Origin: Chthoniobacter flavus
Lineage (GTDB): Bacteria; Verrucomicrobiota; Verrucomicrobiia; Chthoniobacterales; JACTMZ01
NCBI GenBank assembly: GCA_945870655.1
Contig: CAMBSX010000002.1
Span: 1-61,096, forward strand
Reading direction: 5' to 3'
DNA: 61,096 nucleotides
Shown here: positions 18,289 through 26,733 of the stretch, in pieces
How the letters are laid out: each line of letters opens with the position of its first letter
How positions within the stretch are numbered: the stretch's first letter is position 1
Program-made: the position numbers and the translations under genes
Notes under the pieces: model-generated
Seen by the model: the letters and a program-made list of their open reading frames with translations, nothing else
Told to the model about the DNA's origin: nothing
Databases searched by the model: none

Positions 18289-20589
18289 TCAGGCGCGGCG
18301 CACGAAGAGCAAACGCAGGCTGTTCAGGACCACAACCACCGTGCTGCCCTCATGCGCGGCGACCCCGAGGGCGAGGGGCACGGGATAGAGGAAAGTGGCC
18401 GTCACCATGAGGCCAACTGTGCCGAGGGCCACAACCATATTCTGGCTGATGACCCGGCGGGCGTGCGTGCTGAGGTTGAGGGCCAGCAGGAAATTCTCCA
18501 GCCGGTCGTTCATCAAGATGACTTCCGCTTGTTCAAGGGCGGCATCCGATCCGCGCGCGCCCATGGCCACGCCGATATCGGCCGCCGCGAGGCAGGGGGC
18601 GTCATTAACCCCGTCGCCAATCATGGCCACGCGTTTCTTTCCGCCGTCTTTGAGTTCTTCAATGGCCGCCACCTTGTCTTCTGGGAGCAGCCCCGCACGG
18701 ATCTCGTCCACCCCGGCCGCGCGGCCCATCGCGACGGCTGGCCCCTCCCGGTCCCCGGTCAGCATCACGGTGTGGATGCCGCGGGCGCGTAATCGCGCCA
18801 GTAACTCACTGCTTTGCGGTCGCACTTCGTCGAAAAAGCGCAAACATCCTACCATATCGTTGCCCGCCACCCAGACTTCCGCGGCATCGGAAGCACGGGG
18901 ACCCTCGGCCGGCGTGATTTTCCATTCGGCGGTGACGAAGGCGCGGCTGCCGAGAACAAACCGTTTGCCGTTGATCAGGCCGCGCACCCCCTTGCCTGGC
19001 AAGGTCTCGTGTCCCTCCACGGACAATTCCGCCACCCCGCGGGGCAGGGTCACACGGCGGATGGCGCGGGAGAGGGGATGCGACGAGTGCCGGGCGAGGG
19101 CGCGGGCGGCGGCGAGCAACTCGGTCCGGTCACCTCGCACCATGTCGATGCCGGCGAGCGCCAGCTGCCCGGAGGTCAATGTCCCCGTTTTGTCGAGCGC
19201 GACAACGTCAATGAGAGCGAGGTTTTCAATCGGTGCACCGCCACGAAAGAGAACGCCGCGTCGTGCCCCGGCGGCAATGGCCGCGAGGATCCCGGAAGGA
19301 ACGGAGAGAACCAGCGCGCAGGGAGAAGCAACAACGAGGAGGGTCATGGCGCGGTAAAAAGCGCTGCGAATTTCGCCCGAGCCGCCGAAAGGCGGCAGGC
19401 CGAGGATCAACCACCAGACAAAAAACATCACGGTGCAAGACGTCAGAATGATCCAGGTGTAGGTCGTGCCGAACCGGTCGGTGAAAGTCTGTGACGGGGC
19501 GCGCAGCGTCTGGGCCTCCCGGATGAGACGAATGATCTTCTGCAGGGAGCTTTCCGCCGCGGGCCGAAGGACAGGACCCTCGAGCAGTCCGCTCAGGTTG
19601 ATCGTGCCAGCCAAAGCTGTTTCACCCGGCCCTTTCGGCACGGGAACCGATTCGCCGGTCAGGTTTGACTCGTCGCATTCGGATCTTCCGCGCGTGATGG
19701 TCATATCGACCGGAATTTGTCCGCCGGCCAGCACGCGCACAATCATGCCGGGTTGGAGGTCCTCGACGGGCACCTCGTGTTCCGAGTCATCGACTATGAC
19801 CAGCGCGGTCTTGGGTGCGCCGCGCAGGAGCGCGCCGATTTCGCGACGCGTCCGTCCCATGGCATAGTGTTCCATCGCCCCGGAGGTGGAAAAAAGAAAA
19901 AGAAGGAGAGTGCCTTCCCTCCAAGCGCCGATGAGGGCGGCGCCTGCCGCCACGGCAAGCATGAGAAAGTGGATGTCGAGCTGACCCGACTTGAGACGCT
20001 CCCACGCATCGCGGGCGGCGTCCCATCCCCCGCAAAGATAAGCAAGGACATAGGAGACGAGCGGAGCCCAAGCGGGCGCCTGCGCGATTTCGAGGGCCCA
20101 GCCGGCAAGTCCGAACAGCGCGCAGCCTGCGGCCAAGGCGGCCATGGGCCTCCATTCTGTCTCGCTGTGCTCTTCGAGCGTGCCCTTTTGGCGCGGCGCA
20201 TAGGCCGGCCAGACGAGTTTGACCCACTGCCAGAGAGAAATGGCGGTGACGCAGGTGGCCTTGCGGATCAAAGTCGTGCCGAATTTTTCCGAAACGAGAA
20301 GGCGTGAGTCTCCGGGCTGCTCCTCGCGGCCCACCGCACACAAATTGCAGGGGTTCTGTTCCGCGTGCGGGCAAGGCGGAAACTTCTCTCGCAACGCGTC
20401 AGTGACCCGCCGGGCTAAATGCCCGTCTTGGTCCCGGCCCAGCGTGGCGATGGACAGCCGGCGGGTTGCGGGATTGAAGGCCACGGCTTCAAGGCGCGGC
20501 TCTTCATGCAGTAAGCCGGCCAATCGCGCAATCGGGCAAGGCGGGGAGTGGGGATGCGCTGCACCCGGCCGGGGGACCGTGCTTTGCAT
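18289..20589 (-). CDS. Heavy-metal-translocating P1B-type ATPase with subgroup P1B-4-like signatures (SPC / HEGST)
   Basis: DKTGTLT phosphorylation motif, TGES actuator motif (NLTGESVPV), MLTGD and GDGVNDAP hinge motifs. Transmembrane metal-site motifs VVASPCALVLS (SPC) and AAHEGSTVVVVLNSLRLL (HEGxT). Confidence 0.9.
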   Translation of the reverse strand: MQSTVPRPGAAHPHSPPCPIARLAGLLHEEPRLEAVAFNPATRRLSIATLGRDQDGHLARRVTDALREKFPPCPHAEQNPCNLCAVGREEQPGDSRLLVSEKFGTTLIRKATCVTAISLWQWVKLVWPAYAPRQKGTLEEHSETEWRPMAALAAGCALFGLAGWALEIAQAPAWAPLVSYVLAYLCGGWDAARDAWERLKSGQLDIHFLMLAVAAGAALIGAWREGTLLLFLFSTSGAMEHYAMGRTRREIGALLRGAPKTALVIVDDSEHEVPVEDLQPGMIVRVLAGGQIPVDMTITRGRSECDESNLTGESVPVPKGPGETALAGTINLSGLLEGPVLRPAAESSLQKIIRLIREAQTLRAPSQTFTDRFGTTYTWIILTSCTVMFFVWWLILGLPPFGGSGEIRSAFYRAMTLLVVASPCALVLSVPSGILAAIAAGARRGVLFRGGAPIENLALIDVVALDKTGTLTSGQLALAGIDMVRGDRTELLAAARALARHSSHPLSRAIRRVTLPRGVAELSVEGHETLPGKGVRGLINGKRFVLGSRAFVTAEWKITPAEGPRASDAAEVWVAGNDMVGCLRFFDEVRPQSSELLARLRARGIHTVMLTGDREGPAVAMGRAAGVDEIRAGLLPEDKVAAIEELKDGGKKRVAMIGDGVNDAPCLAAADIGVAMGARGSDAALEQAEVILMNDRLENFLLALNLSTHARRVISQNMVVALGTVGLMVTATFLYPVPLALGVAAHEGSTVVVVLNSLRLLFVRRA

Positions 20590-20595
20590 GGCGGG

Positions 20596-21405
20596 TCAGG
20601 CTGCCGCCTCCACCACGGGGTTTTCCAGAACGCCGATGCCTTCGATTTCCACCGATACCGTGTCGCCGGGCTGCAGCCAGACGGGCGGCCGCCGCGCCAT
20701 GCCGACGCCATGGGGCGTGCCTGTGAGGATAACACTGCCTGCGGGAAGCGTGGTGTCTGCACTGAGGAACTCGAGCAGTTCCGGCAGGTCGAAGATCATG
20801 CGGGAGGTGTTGCTCTGCTGCATGACGCGCCCATTGAGGCGGCCGGTGATGGCGAGATGCAGGGGGTCGGGCAATTCATCCGGCGTCACGATCCATGGCC
20901 CGAGCGGACAGAATGTGTCGAAGGATTTGGCACGGCACCACTGGCGGCCGGAGCGGCGAAGTTGCCAGTCGCGTGCGCTCACGTCATTGGCACAAGTGAA
21001 GCCCGCCACGTGGTCAAGGGCCGTGGCGCGGGTCGCGTTGAGGCAATCCCTTGAAAGGACAACGGCCAACTCTGCCTCGCTATCCACTTCGTCGCTGCGC
21101 AATTTCCGGGGCAAATGGATCGGCGCGCCCGGACCGGTGACCGCGCGGATATTCTTCATGAAAAGCACGGGATATTCGGGCACTGGCGAGCCGGTTTCGA
21201 CCGCGTGATCGTGATAATTAAGACCAATGGCATAAACCGCAGCAGGCACGACGGGTGCGAGCAAACGGGCGTTACGGACGATCCGGTCGGTCGGCTGGAA
21301 TCCCTCGGCCCACGAACCCTCCAGCAGGGCAAAGGCACCAGGGTCCCCGGTCGGTGCAGCATGGCGGACTTCGTTGTGTTCGTCGGCGATTCGCCCGATA
21401 CGCAT
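20596..21405 (-). CDS. Fumarylacetoacetate hydrolase (FAH) family protein
   Basis: 269 aa. FAH-fold motifs IGLNYHDHAVE, EAELAVVLS, NDVSARDWQ, GDTVSVEIEGIG. It ends 6 nt before the ATPase start. Confidence 0.85.
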   Translation of the reverse strand: MRIGRIADEHNEVRHAAPTGDPGAFALLEGSWAEGFQPTDRIVRNARLLAPVVPAAVYAIGLNYHDHAVETGSPVPEYPVLFMKNIRAVTGPGAPIHLPRKLRSDEVDSEAELAVVLSRDCLNATRATALDHVAGFTCANDVSARDWQLRRSGRQWCRAKSFDTFCPLGPWIVTPDELPDPLHLAITGRLNGRVMQQSNTSRMIFDLPELLEFLSADTTLPAGSVILTGTPHGVGMARRPPVWLQPGDTVSVEIEGIGVLENPVVEAAA

Positions 21406-21502
21406 AAAGCCAACTTAAACCTCGCAAAGCCAAAGGTCACGCGCTGACGAGGGACGGTGCGCGCACTTGCCCCGGGGCAGGGCGGGTGACATTCTACCCT
21501 CC

Positions 21503-21985
21503 ATGCACCGGGGGCGCATCCTGACCACAGAGGCCTTAGCGGGGGTCCGCGACGAGATGGAGCGCGCGGGCCGGAAGCTAGTCTTCACCAACGGATGTTT
21601 CGACCTCCTCCATGCCGGTCATGTGCGTTATCTGCAGCAAGCCCGGCAATTGGGCCACGCTTTGGCCGTCGGGCTGAACAGCGACCGGTCGGTGCGCGAG
21701 TTGAAGGGTGATGGTCGTCCGATCAATGCGCAGGACGATCGTGCGGAGGTTGTCGCCGCCTTGGGCTGCGTCGACTATGTGGTCATTTTCGACGGCAAAC
21801 GGGCCACCGATACCCTGCGTGCGGTGCGACCCCACATTTATGCCAAAGGCGGTGATTACACAACCGGGTCACTCGACCCCGACGAACGGGCGGTTCTGGC
21901 CGCAGCGGCCGCGGAGGTGCGGATCCTGCCGTTGGTGCCCGGGCGTTCCACCACGACAGTCTTGGAAAGGATAGGCCGGCCTTGA
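21503..21985 (+). CDS. hldC: D-glycero-beta-D-manno-heptose 1-phosphate adenylyltransferase (stand-alone RfaE domain II, cytidylyltransferase-like)
   Basis: VFTNGCFDLLHAGHVRYLQQAR (the H-x-G-H nucleotidyltransferase motif), then LNSDRSVRELKG and VDYVVIFD. Start taken at ATG 21503; the track ORF starts at TTG 21467. Confidence 0.8.
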   Translation: MHRGRILTTEALAGVRDEMERAGRKLVFTNGCFDLLHAGHVRYLQQARQLGHALAVGLNSDRSVRELKGDGRPINAQDDRAEVVAALGCVDYVVIFDGKRATDTLRAVRPHIYAKGGDYTTGSLDPDERAVLAAAAAEVRILPLVPGRSTTTVLERIGRP

Positions 21986-22584
21986 GTGCGGGCGACAAAC
22001 TCCGCATTGGCGTCCTCGGCTCGGGCTCGGGGACCAACCTCGATGTGATTTTCCGCGCCATTCACGACCGCCTGCTGCCGGCCGAGGTCAAAGTGGTGGT
22101 TTCCGACCTGCGTGAGGCCGGCATTTTGCAGATTGGCCGGGCGCATCGGGTGCAGACCAAATACGTTTATCCCGGAGAGATGCCGGGTGTTCTCGAGTCG
22201 GCCAGCGAGCACAACATCGTCAATGCCCTGCAGCACCAGCATGTCGAACTCGTATTGTTGCTCAACTTCGCTCGCACCCCGGGTCGGGATTTGCTCGGGG
22301 CTTTTCCGGACCGGATTCTTGGCATCCATCCCTCACTCCTGCCCCGCTATCCCGGCGCGCGCGCCTGGGAGGAGGCGCTGGCCGCCGGTGATGCGGTCAC
22401 GGGCTGCACGGTCTACCGGGTCGGGGCGGATGGCGGCAGCGCGGGCACAGTCGCCCAGGCTGAGGTTGATATCCTAGCCGGGGACACCCCCGACATGTTG
22501 CGCGACCGTATTCGTCAGGCGGAAAACATTCTCTACCCCGCAGTGGTGGAATTTTTTGCCCGGGAGCGGCCACTTGGAGGATAG
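21982..22584 (+). CDS. purN: Phosphoribosylglycinamide formyltransferase
   Basis: IGVLGSGSGTNLDVIF at the N-terminus, and LGIHPSLLPRYPGARAWEEALAAGDAVTGCTVYRV (the formyltransferase HPSLLP/catalytic region). The TTG start at 21982 overlaps the upstream TGA by 4 nt. Confidence 0.85.
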   Translation: MSAGDKLRIGVLGSGSGTNLDVIFRAIHDRLLPAEVKVVVSDLREAGILQIGRAHRVQTKYVYPGEMPGVLESASEHNIVNALQHQHVELVLLLNFARTPGRDLLGAFPDRILGIHPSLLPRYPGARAWEEALAAGDAVTGCTVYRVGADGGSAGTVAQAEVDILAGDTPDMLRDRIRQAENILYPAVVEFFARERPLGG

Positions 22585-22608
22585 ACATCCGGACGGCGGG
22601 GGCTTTTA

Positions 22609-22830
22609 TTGGGTTTTATGTCCATGGGCCAAGGATCAGCCGGAAACGTCATCGCCGCACTAGCCAGTCTCCTCGTTCCGGGTCTTGGTCAGTTAGTTCA
22701 AGGCAGATTTCTCCCCGCGCTGCTCTTTTTCGCCGGGGCCGGTGTGCTCTGGTTGGTCAGTCTCGGCACGCTGGGGTGGATCATGCATCTCTGGTCCTGC
22801 CTCAACGCGGCATTGTGGAAACCGCGCTGA
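22609..22830 (+). CDS. Small two-TM membrane protein (PGLGQ-motif type)
   Basis: 73 aa: ...IAALASLLVPGLGQLVQGRFLPALLFFAGAGVLWLVSLGTLGWIMHLW. It has two hydrophobic helices and G/C-rich third positions. Alternative ATG starts lie at 22618 and 22624. Confidence 0.5.
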   Translation: MGFMSMGQGSAGNVIAALASLLVPGLGQLVQGRFLPALLFFAGAGVLWLVSLGTLGWIMHLWSCLNAALWKPR

Positions 22831-22849
22831 TCCGGCTTAACTTGATCTC

Positions 22850-24328
22850 ATGAAAACCCTCCTCAACCACATCAACGGCCAATGGGTCGCCGCCCGCAGC
22901 GGGGCCACTCGCGACATTCTCAATCCCGCGGACAACAAGGTCATTGCCAAGGCGACCGACAGCGGGGCAGCTGATGCGGAGGATGCCGTCACTGCGGCGC
23001 GCGAGGCTTTTGATCAAGGTCCCTGGGGCAAGAGCACGGGACCCGAACGGGCGGAGAAGCTTTTCGCCTTGGCCAGCTTGGTGGAAAAACATGCCGAGGA
23101 ATTCGCCCGGCTTGACACTCTGAACAACGGCAAGCCGCTGCGCGAGGCGCGTTACGATGCGGCGGATGCCGCCGGTTGTTTCCGCTACTATGCCGGGCTG
23201 GCCAGCAAGCCGCAGGGCCAGACCTACAGCGTCAGCGACCCGAACATGGTTTGCCTGACCGTGCGCGAGCCGATCGGGGTCTGCGCGCAGATCATCCCGT
23301 GGAACTACCCTTTGCTCATGGCGGTTTGGAAGCTCGCGCCGGGTCTGGCCGCAGGCAATGCGTGCATTCTCAAGCCGTCGGAAATGACGCCCGTTTCCGC
23401 GGTGAAACTTTTTGAACTGATGGCCGAAGCGGGTTTTCCGCCCGGCGCGGCCAACCTCATCCTCGGGCCCGGCGACCCGGTGGGCTCGACCCTCGCGGCG
23501 AGCGACCGGGTGGACAAGGTCGCCTTCACCGGCGGTGGCGTCACCGGGCGCAAAATCATGTCCGCCGCGACCGGCAACCTCAAGAAAGTCACCCTCGAAC
23601 TTGGCGGCAAGAGCCCGAACATCGTTTTTGCCGATGCCGATTTTGAGGCTGCGCTGGAATTCGCCATGTTCGGCATCTTCGCCGGACAAGGTGAGGTCTG
23701 CAGTGCGGGTTCGCGCCTGATCCTCGAGCGCAAGATAGCCGAAAAATTCCTTCCCCGCCTGGCCGGGGCCTGCCGGAAAATCGTCGTTGGCGACGGCGCC
23801 GATGCCGAGACCGAAATGGGTCCGCTGGTCTCGCGGGCGCACATGGAGAAAGTGCTTGGCTACATCAAGTCTGGCCTCGACGAGGGGGCCAAGCTCCTTT
23901 GCGGCGGCCATCGCCTCGAGAATGGCCCGCTGGCCGCCGGCAACTTCGTCGAACCAACCGTCTTTGTCGATGTCCCGCCGAAGGCGCGCATCATGAAAGA
24001 GGAAATTTTCGGCCCGGTCCTTGTCGTGGAATTGTTCGACACCGAAGAAGAAGCCATCGCCAAGGCCAACGACACGGTCTACGGGCTGGCTGGTGCGGTC
24101 TTCACTTCCGACGGGGCCAAAGCGCACCGGGTGATCAAACGGCTGCGGGCCGGTATCACCTGGATCAACACGTATCATCCGACTTTTAACGAGGCGCCGT
24201 GGGGCGGTTACAAGCAGAGCGGCATCGGCCGCGAACTTGGAACTTATGGGTTTGAGGCGTACACCGAGGTCAAGCAGATCAATATCAACCTCGCACCCGG
24301 CCGGATTGGTTGGTTCAAGAACCTCTGA
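22850..24328 (+). CDS. NAD(P)-dependent aldehyde dehydrogenase (betaine-/aminobutyraldehyde-dehydrogenase-like)
   Basis: 492 aa. ALDH motifs: ELGGKSP (Glu active-site region), FAGQGEVCSAGSR (catalytic Cys), EEIFGPV, PWGGYKQSGIGRE. Confidence 0.9.
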   Translation: MKTLLNHINGQWVAARSGATRDILNPADNKVIAKATDSGAADAEDAVTAAREAFDQGPWGKSTGPERAEKLFALASLVEKHAEEFARLDTLNNGKPLREARYDAADAAGCFRYYAGLASKPQGQTYSVSDPNMVCLTVREPIGVCAQIIPWNYPLLMAVWKLAPGLAAGNACILKPSEMTPVSAVKLFELMAEAGFPPGAANLILGPGDPVGSTLAASDRVDKVAFTGGGVTGRKIMSAATGNLKKVTLELGGKSPNIVFADADFEAALEFAMFGIFAGQGEVCSAGSRLILERKIAEKFLPRLAGACRKIVVGDGADAETEMGPLVSRAHMEKVLGYIKSGLDEGAKLLCGGHRLENGPLAAGNFVEPTVFVDVPPKARIMKEEIFGPVLVVELFDTEEEAIAKANDTVYGLAGAVFTSDGAKAHRVIKRLRAGITWINTYHPTFNEAPWGGYKQSGIGRELGTYGFEAYTEVKQININLAPGRIGWFKNL

Positions 24329-24332
24329 TCCC

Positions 24333-25436
24333 ATGAACCCGATGGTCGAAGTCCGCGATGTGACCAAAAAGTTCGATGGTTTTGTCGCCCTCGACCGCGT
24401 CAGCCTCGAGATCGCCGAAGGTGAATTTATGACCTTCCTCGGGCCGTCCGGCTGCGGCAAGACGACTTGCCTGCGCCTGATCAGCGGCTTCGAACAACCG
24501 ACCAGCGGGCAGATTCTTATCGGCGGACATGACGTCTCCCGCGACCCGCCCTACAAGCGCAACGTCAATCAGGTCTTTCAAAGCTATGCCCTCTTCCCGC
24601 ACCTCACCGTGCGCGAGAACATCGCCTTCGGGCTGCGCATGAAAAAAATGGGGGCCGAGGCCATTCGTGAAAAGACCGAGTGGGCGGTGGGCATGACCTC
24701 CCTGCAAGGCATGGAGGACCGCAAGCCGGCGCAGTTGTCCGGCGGACAGCGCCAGCGTGTGGCCCTGGCGCGGGCCATCGTTTGCGAACCGAAGGTTCTT
24801 CTTCTCGACGAACCCCTCTCCGCCCTCGACGCCAAGCTGCGCACCCAAATGCGCACCGAGCTGAAAAACCTGCAGAAACGCCTCGGTATCACCTTCATCT
24901 TTGTCACCCACGACCAGGAAGAGGCCTTGAGTATGTCCGACCGCATCGCGGTGATGAACAAGGGGAGGGTCGAGCAGGTCGGCACGGCCGCGGAAATCTA
25001 CCACAACCCCCGCACCGAGTTCGTGGCCGGCTTCATTGGCGAGACCAACATTGTCGAAGCCGAGGTGCTTGAACACCAAGACGGGCGCATCCTTTGCCGC
25101 CTTGAAGGCGGCCTAAGACTCTGGATCAAAGAGGTCGAAAGGGCCCGGACCGGCAGCAAGATGCTGGTCTCGGTGCGTCCGGAGAAGATCCGCCTCTTTC
25201 GCGACCGCCCTGCGGCGGGCGAAAACGTCTTCTCCAGCCGAGTGAGCAGCGAAGTTTTCAAGGGAGCGGTCGATGACATGACCATTGTGACCGAGGGCGG
25301 CCTTGAACTCAGCGCCCTGCTGGCCAATGCCGGGGAGACTGGGCTCGATTTCCATGAAGGCGAGCAGGTTTGGTGCCTGATCCACCCGAACGATATTAGT
25401 CTGCTGGTCAAAGAACAAACCGGCATCGTCGGTTGA
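24333..25436 (+). CDS. potA: Spermidine/putrescine-type ABC importer ATP-binding protein with C-terminal TOBE-like domain
   Basis: Start at ATG 24333 (MNPMVEVRDVTKKF). Walker A GPSGCGKTT, NQVFQSYALFPHLTVRENIAFGLRMKK (PotA-like Q-loop region), LSGGQRQRVALARA, LLLDEPLSALD. The upstream part of track ORF 24237.. overlaps the ALDH gene. Confidence 0.88.
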   Translation: MNPMVEVRDVTKKFDGFVALDRVSLEIAEGEFMTFLGPSGCGKTTCLRLISGFEQPTSGQILIGGHDVSRDPPYKRNVNQVFQSYALFPHLTVRENIAFGLRMKKMGAEAIREKTEWAVGMTSLQGMEDRKPAQLSGGQRQRVALARAIVCEPKVLLLDEPLSALDAKLRTQMRTELKNLQKRLGITFIFVTHDQEEALSMSDRIAVMNKGRVEQVGTAAEIYHNPRTEFVAGFIGETNIVEAEVLEHQDGRILCRLEGGLRLWIKEVERARTGSKMLVSVRPEKIRLFRDRPAAGENVFSSRVSSEVFKGAVDDMTIVTEGGLELSALLANAGETGLDFHEGEQVWCLIHPNDISLLVKEQTGIVG

Positions 25437-25510
25437 TTCTGTCCGGCGGACAGGGCGGGGGCACCCGCGGCCGATGGAAAACCAGCCGGGTGGCGGAAAT
25501 TGACCACCAC

Positions 25511-25534
25511 AGGGCCTCTGCGGGCCCTTTTTTC
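25511..25534 (+). terminator. Rho-independent terminator downstream of potA
   Basis: AGGGCC (25511-25516) pairs with GGCCCT (25523-28) across a 6-nt loop and is followed by a T-run to 25533. It lies 75 nt after the potA stop. Confidence 0.6.
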
Positions 25535-25648
25535 AGAGAGCGAAAAAAACTATTGCCCCATGGCACGGATTTTGCTTTTCGTTAATTGTTCACAATACCC
25601 GTTCGCCTGCGGAGCGGTCCCACAAACAAAATAAACCAAAAAAACATC

Positions 25649-26629
25649 ATGAAAAAAATTATCGCATTATTGGCAGGCGTGTTGCTCGCGGTTCCGCTGG
25701 CGCAGGCCCAATCCGAAACCGGCACTTCGGCCGGGGCACAAGCCTTCGACATGGCCCGCTCCGGGGCGATCAGTGCCGGGCGCACCACGGCAGAGACGGT
25801 CACGGTCACCGACTACAAAACCGCGGGCGGTAAAGAAATCGTCGTGGTTGAAGAAGACGAAAAGTGGTGGTCGGTCAACGCCTCTACTGGTTGGGACAGT
25901 CTCTACATGTTCCGTGGCGTCAACGTCCTCGGCAATGGAAACGGCCTCTACTGGCTCGGTGCCGATGTCGGGATCAGTCCATGGGAGAACGGAACCTTCG
26001 TGGCCGGTGTCTGGTATGGCGTCGGATCTTGGTGGAACGGGGCCAATGCCCAGGCGCGCTATGGCGAGCTCGATGTCTTTGCCGAGTACACACATACCTT
26101 CGGAAACCTCGCCCTGACTGCGGGATGGATTTACTACTATTATCCGAACTATGCCACGGAAGTCTCCGGGCCCGGAAACTCGCAAAACGAGATCTTTTTC
26201 GGTGCTGCCTATGATATCGCGCTTGGCCCGGTCACGATCACACCGAACACGACTTACTACTACAACGTCGGTCCGGAGCTCGGTTCTTATGGCGGAGCGG
26301 TCAACGGCGGCTCCTCCTACTGGATCTTGGGCTTGGATATGAACGTGCCGGTTGCCTATGACGGCGCCGTGGCCCTCGAGCCTTATACGCAATTCGGTGT
26401 CAACTTCGGCTACAACAACAACAACTTCGGCGCCACCCGCTTCAATGGCGGCAACAACTGGCAAACCGGAGTTGCTCTGCCCATCCAGTTTACGAGCTGG
26501 TTCGGCATTTCGCCTTACGTCGCCTATTCCTACCAATGGCAGCAGCTCGCTGCTGGTGCTGGGACCGGCACCGGCGCCACTGCCGTCAACACCTTCTGGG
26601 GCGGCATCAGCGCCAACTTCTCCTTCTAA
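25649..26629 (+). CDS. Outer-membrane beta-barrel protein (putative porin)
   Basis: ATG 25649. Signal peptide MKKIIALLAGVLLAVPLAQAQ. Rich in Gly/Asn/Tyr/Trp, with alternating-hydrophobicity strands (LALTAGWIYYYYPNY, ITPNTTYYYNVG). The C-terminal residue is Phe (ISANFSF), typical of BAM substrates. Flanked by terminators on both sides. Confidence 0.7.
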   Translation: MKKIIALLAGVLLAVPLAQAQSETGTSAGAQAFDMARSGAISAGRTTAETVTVTDYKTAGGKEIVVVEEDEKWWSVNASTGWDSLYMFRGVNVLGNGNGLYWLGADVGISPWENGTFVAGVWYGVGSWWNGANAQARYGELDVFAEYTHTFGNLALTAGWIYYYYPNYATEVSGPGNSQNEIFFGAAYDIALGPVTITPNTTYYYNVGPELGSYGGAVNGGSSYWILGLDMNVPVAYDGAVALEPYTQFGVNFGYNNNNFGATRFNGGNNWQTGVALPIQFTSWFGISPYVAYSYQWQQLAAGAGTGTGATAVNTFWGGISANFSF

Positions 26630-26654
26630 GTTAGTTTGCGTTAACTTAATCCAC

Positions 26655-26689
26655 AAAACCCCTCCAGCTCCGGCCGGAGGGGTTTTTTG
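26655..26689 (+). terminator. Strong rho-independent (potentially bidirectional) terminator after the OMP gene
   Basis: AAAA-CCCCTCC (26659-26665), a 10-nt loop, then GGAGGGG (26676-26682) followed by TTTTTT (26683-26688). Confidence 0.75.
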
Positions 26690-26733
26690 CTTTCTGGATT
26701 CCCGCGACAGGCCGGGTATCGTGGTTGTTGCTC

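Noticed and set aside
22802-24460. 552-aa minus-strand ORF antisense to the aldehyde dehydrogenase
   Set aside because: The ALDH motifs (ELGGKSP, catalytic Cys, EEIFGPV) fix the coding strand. The antisense ORF has no recognisable features.
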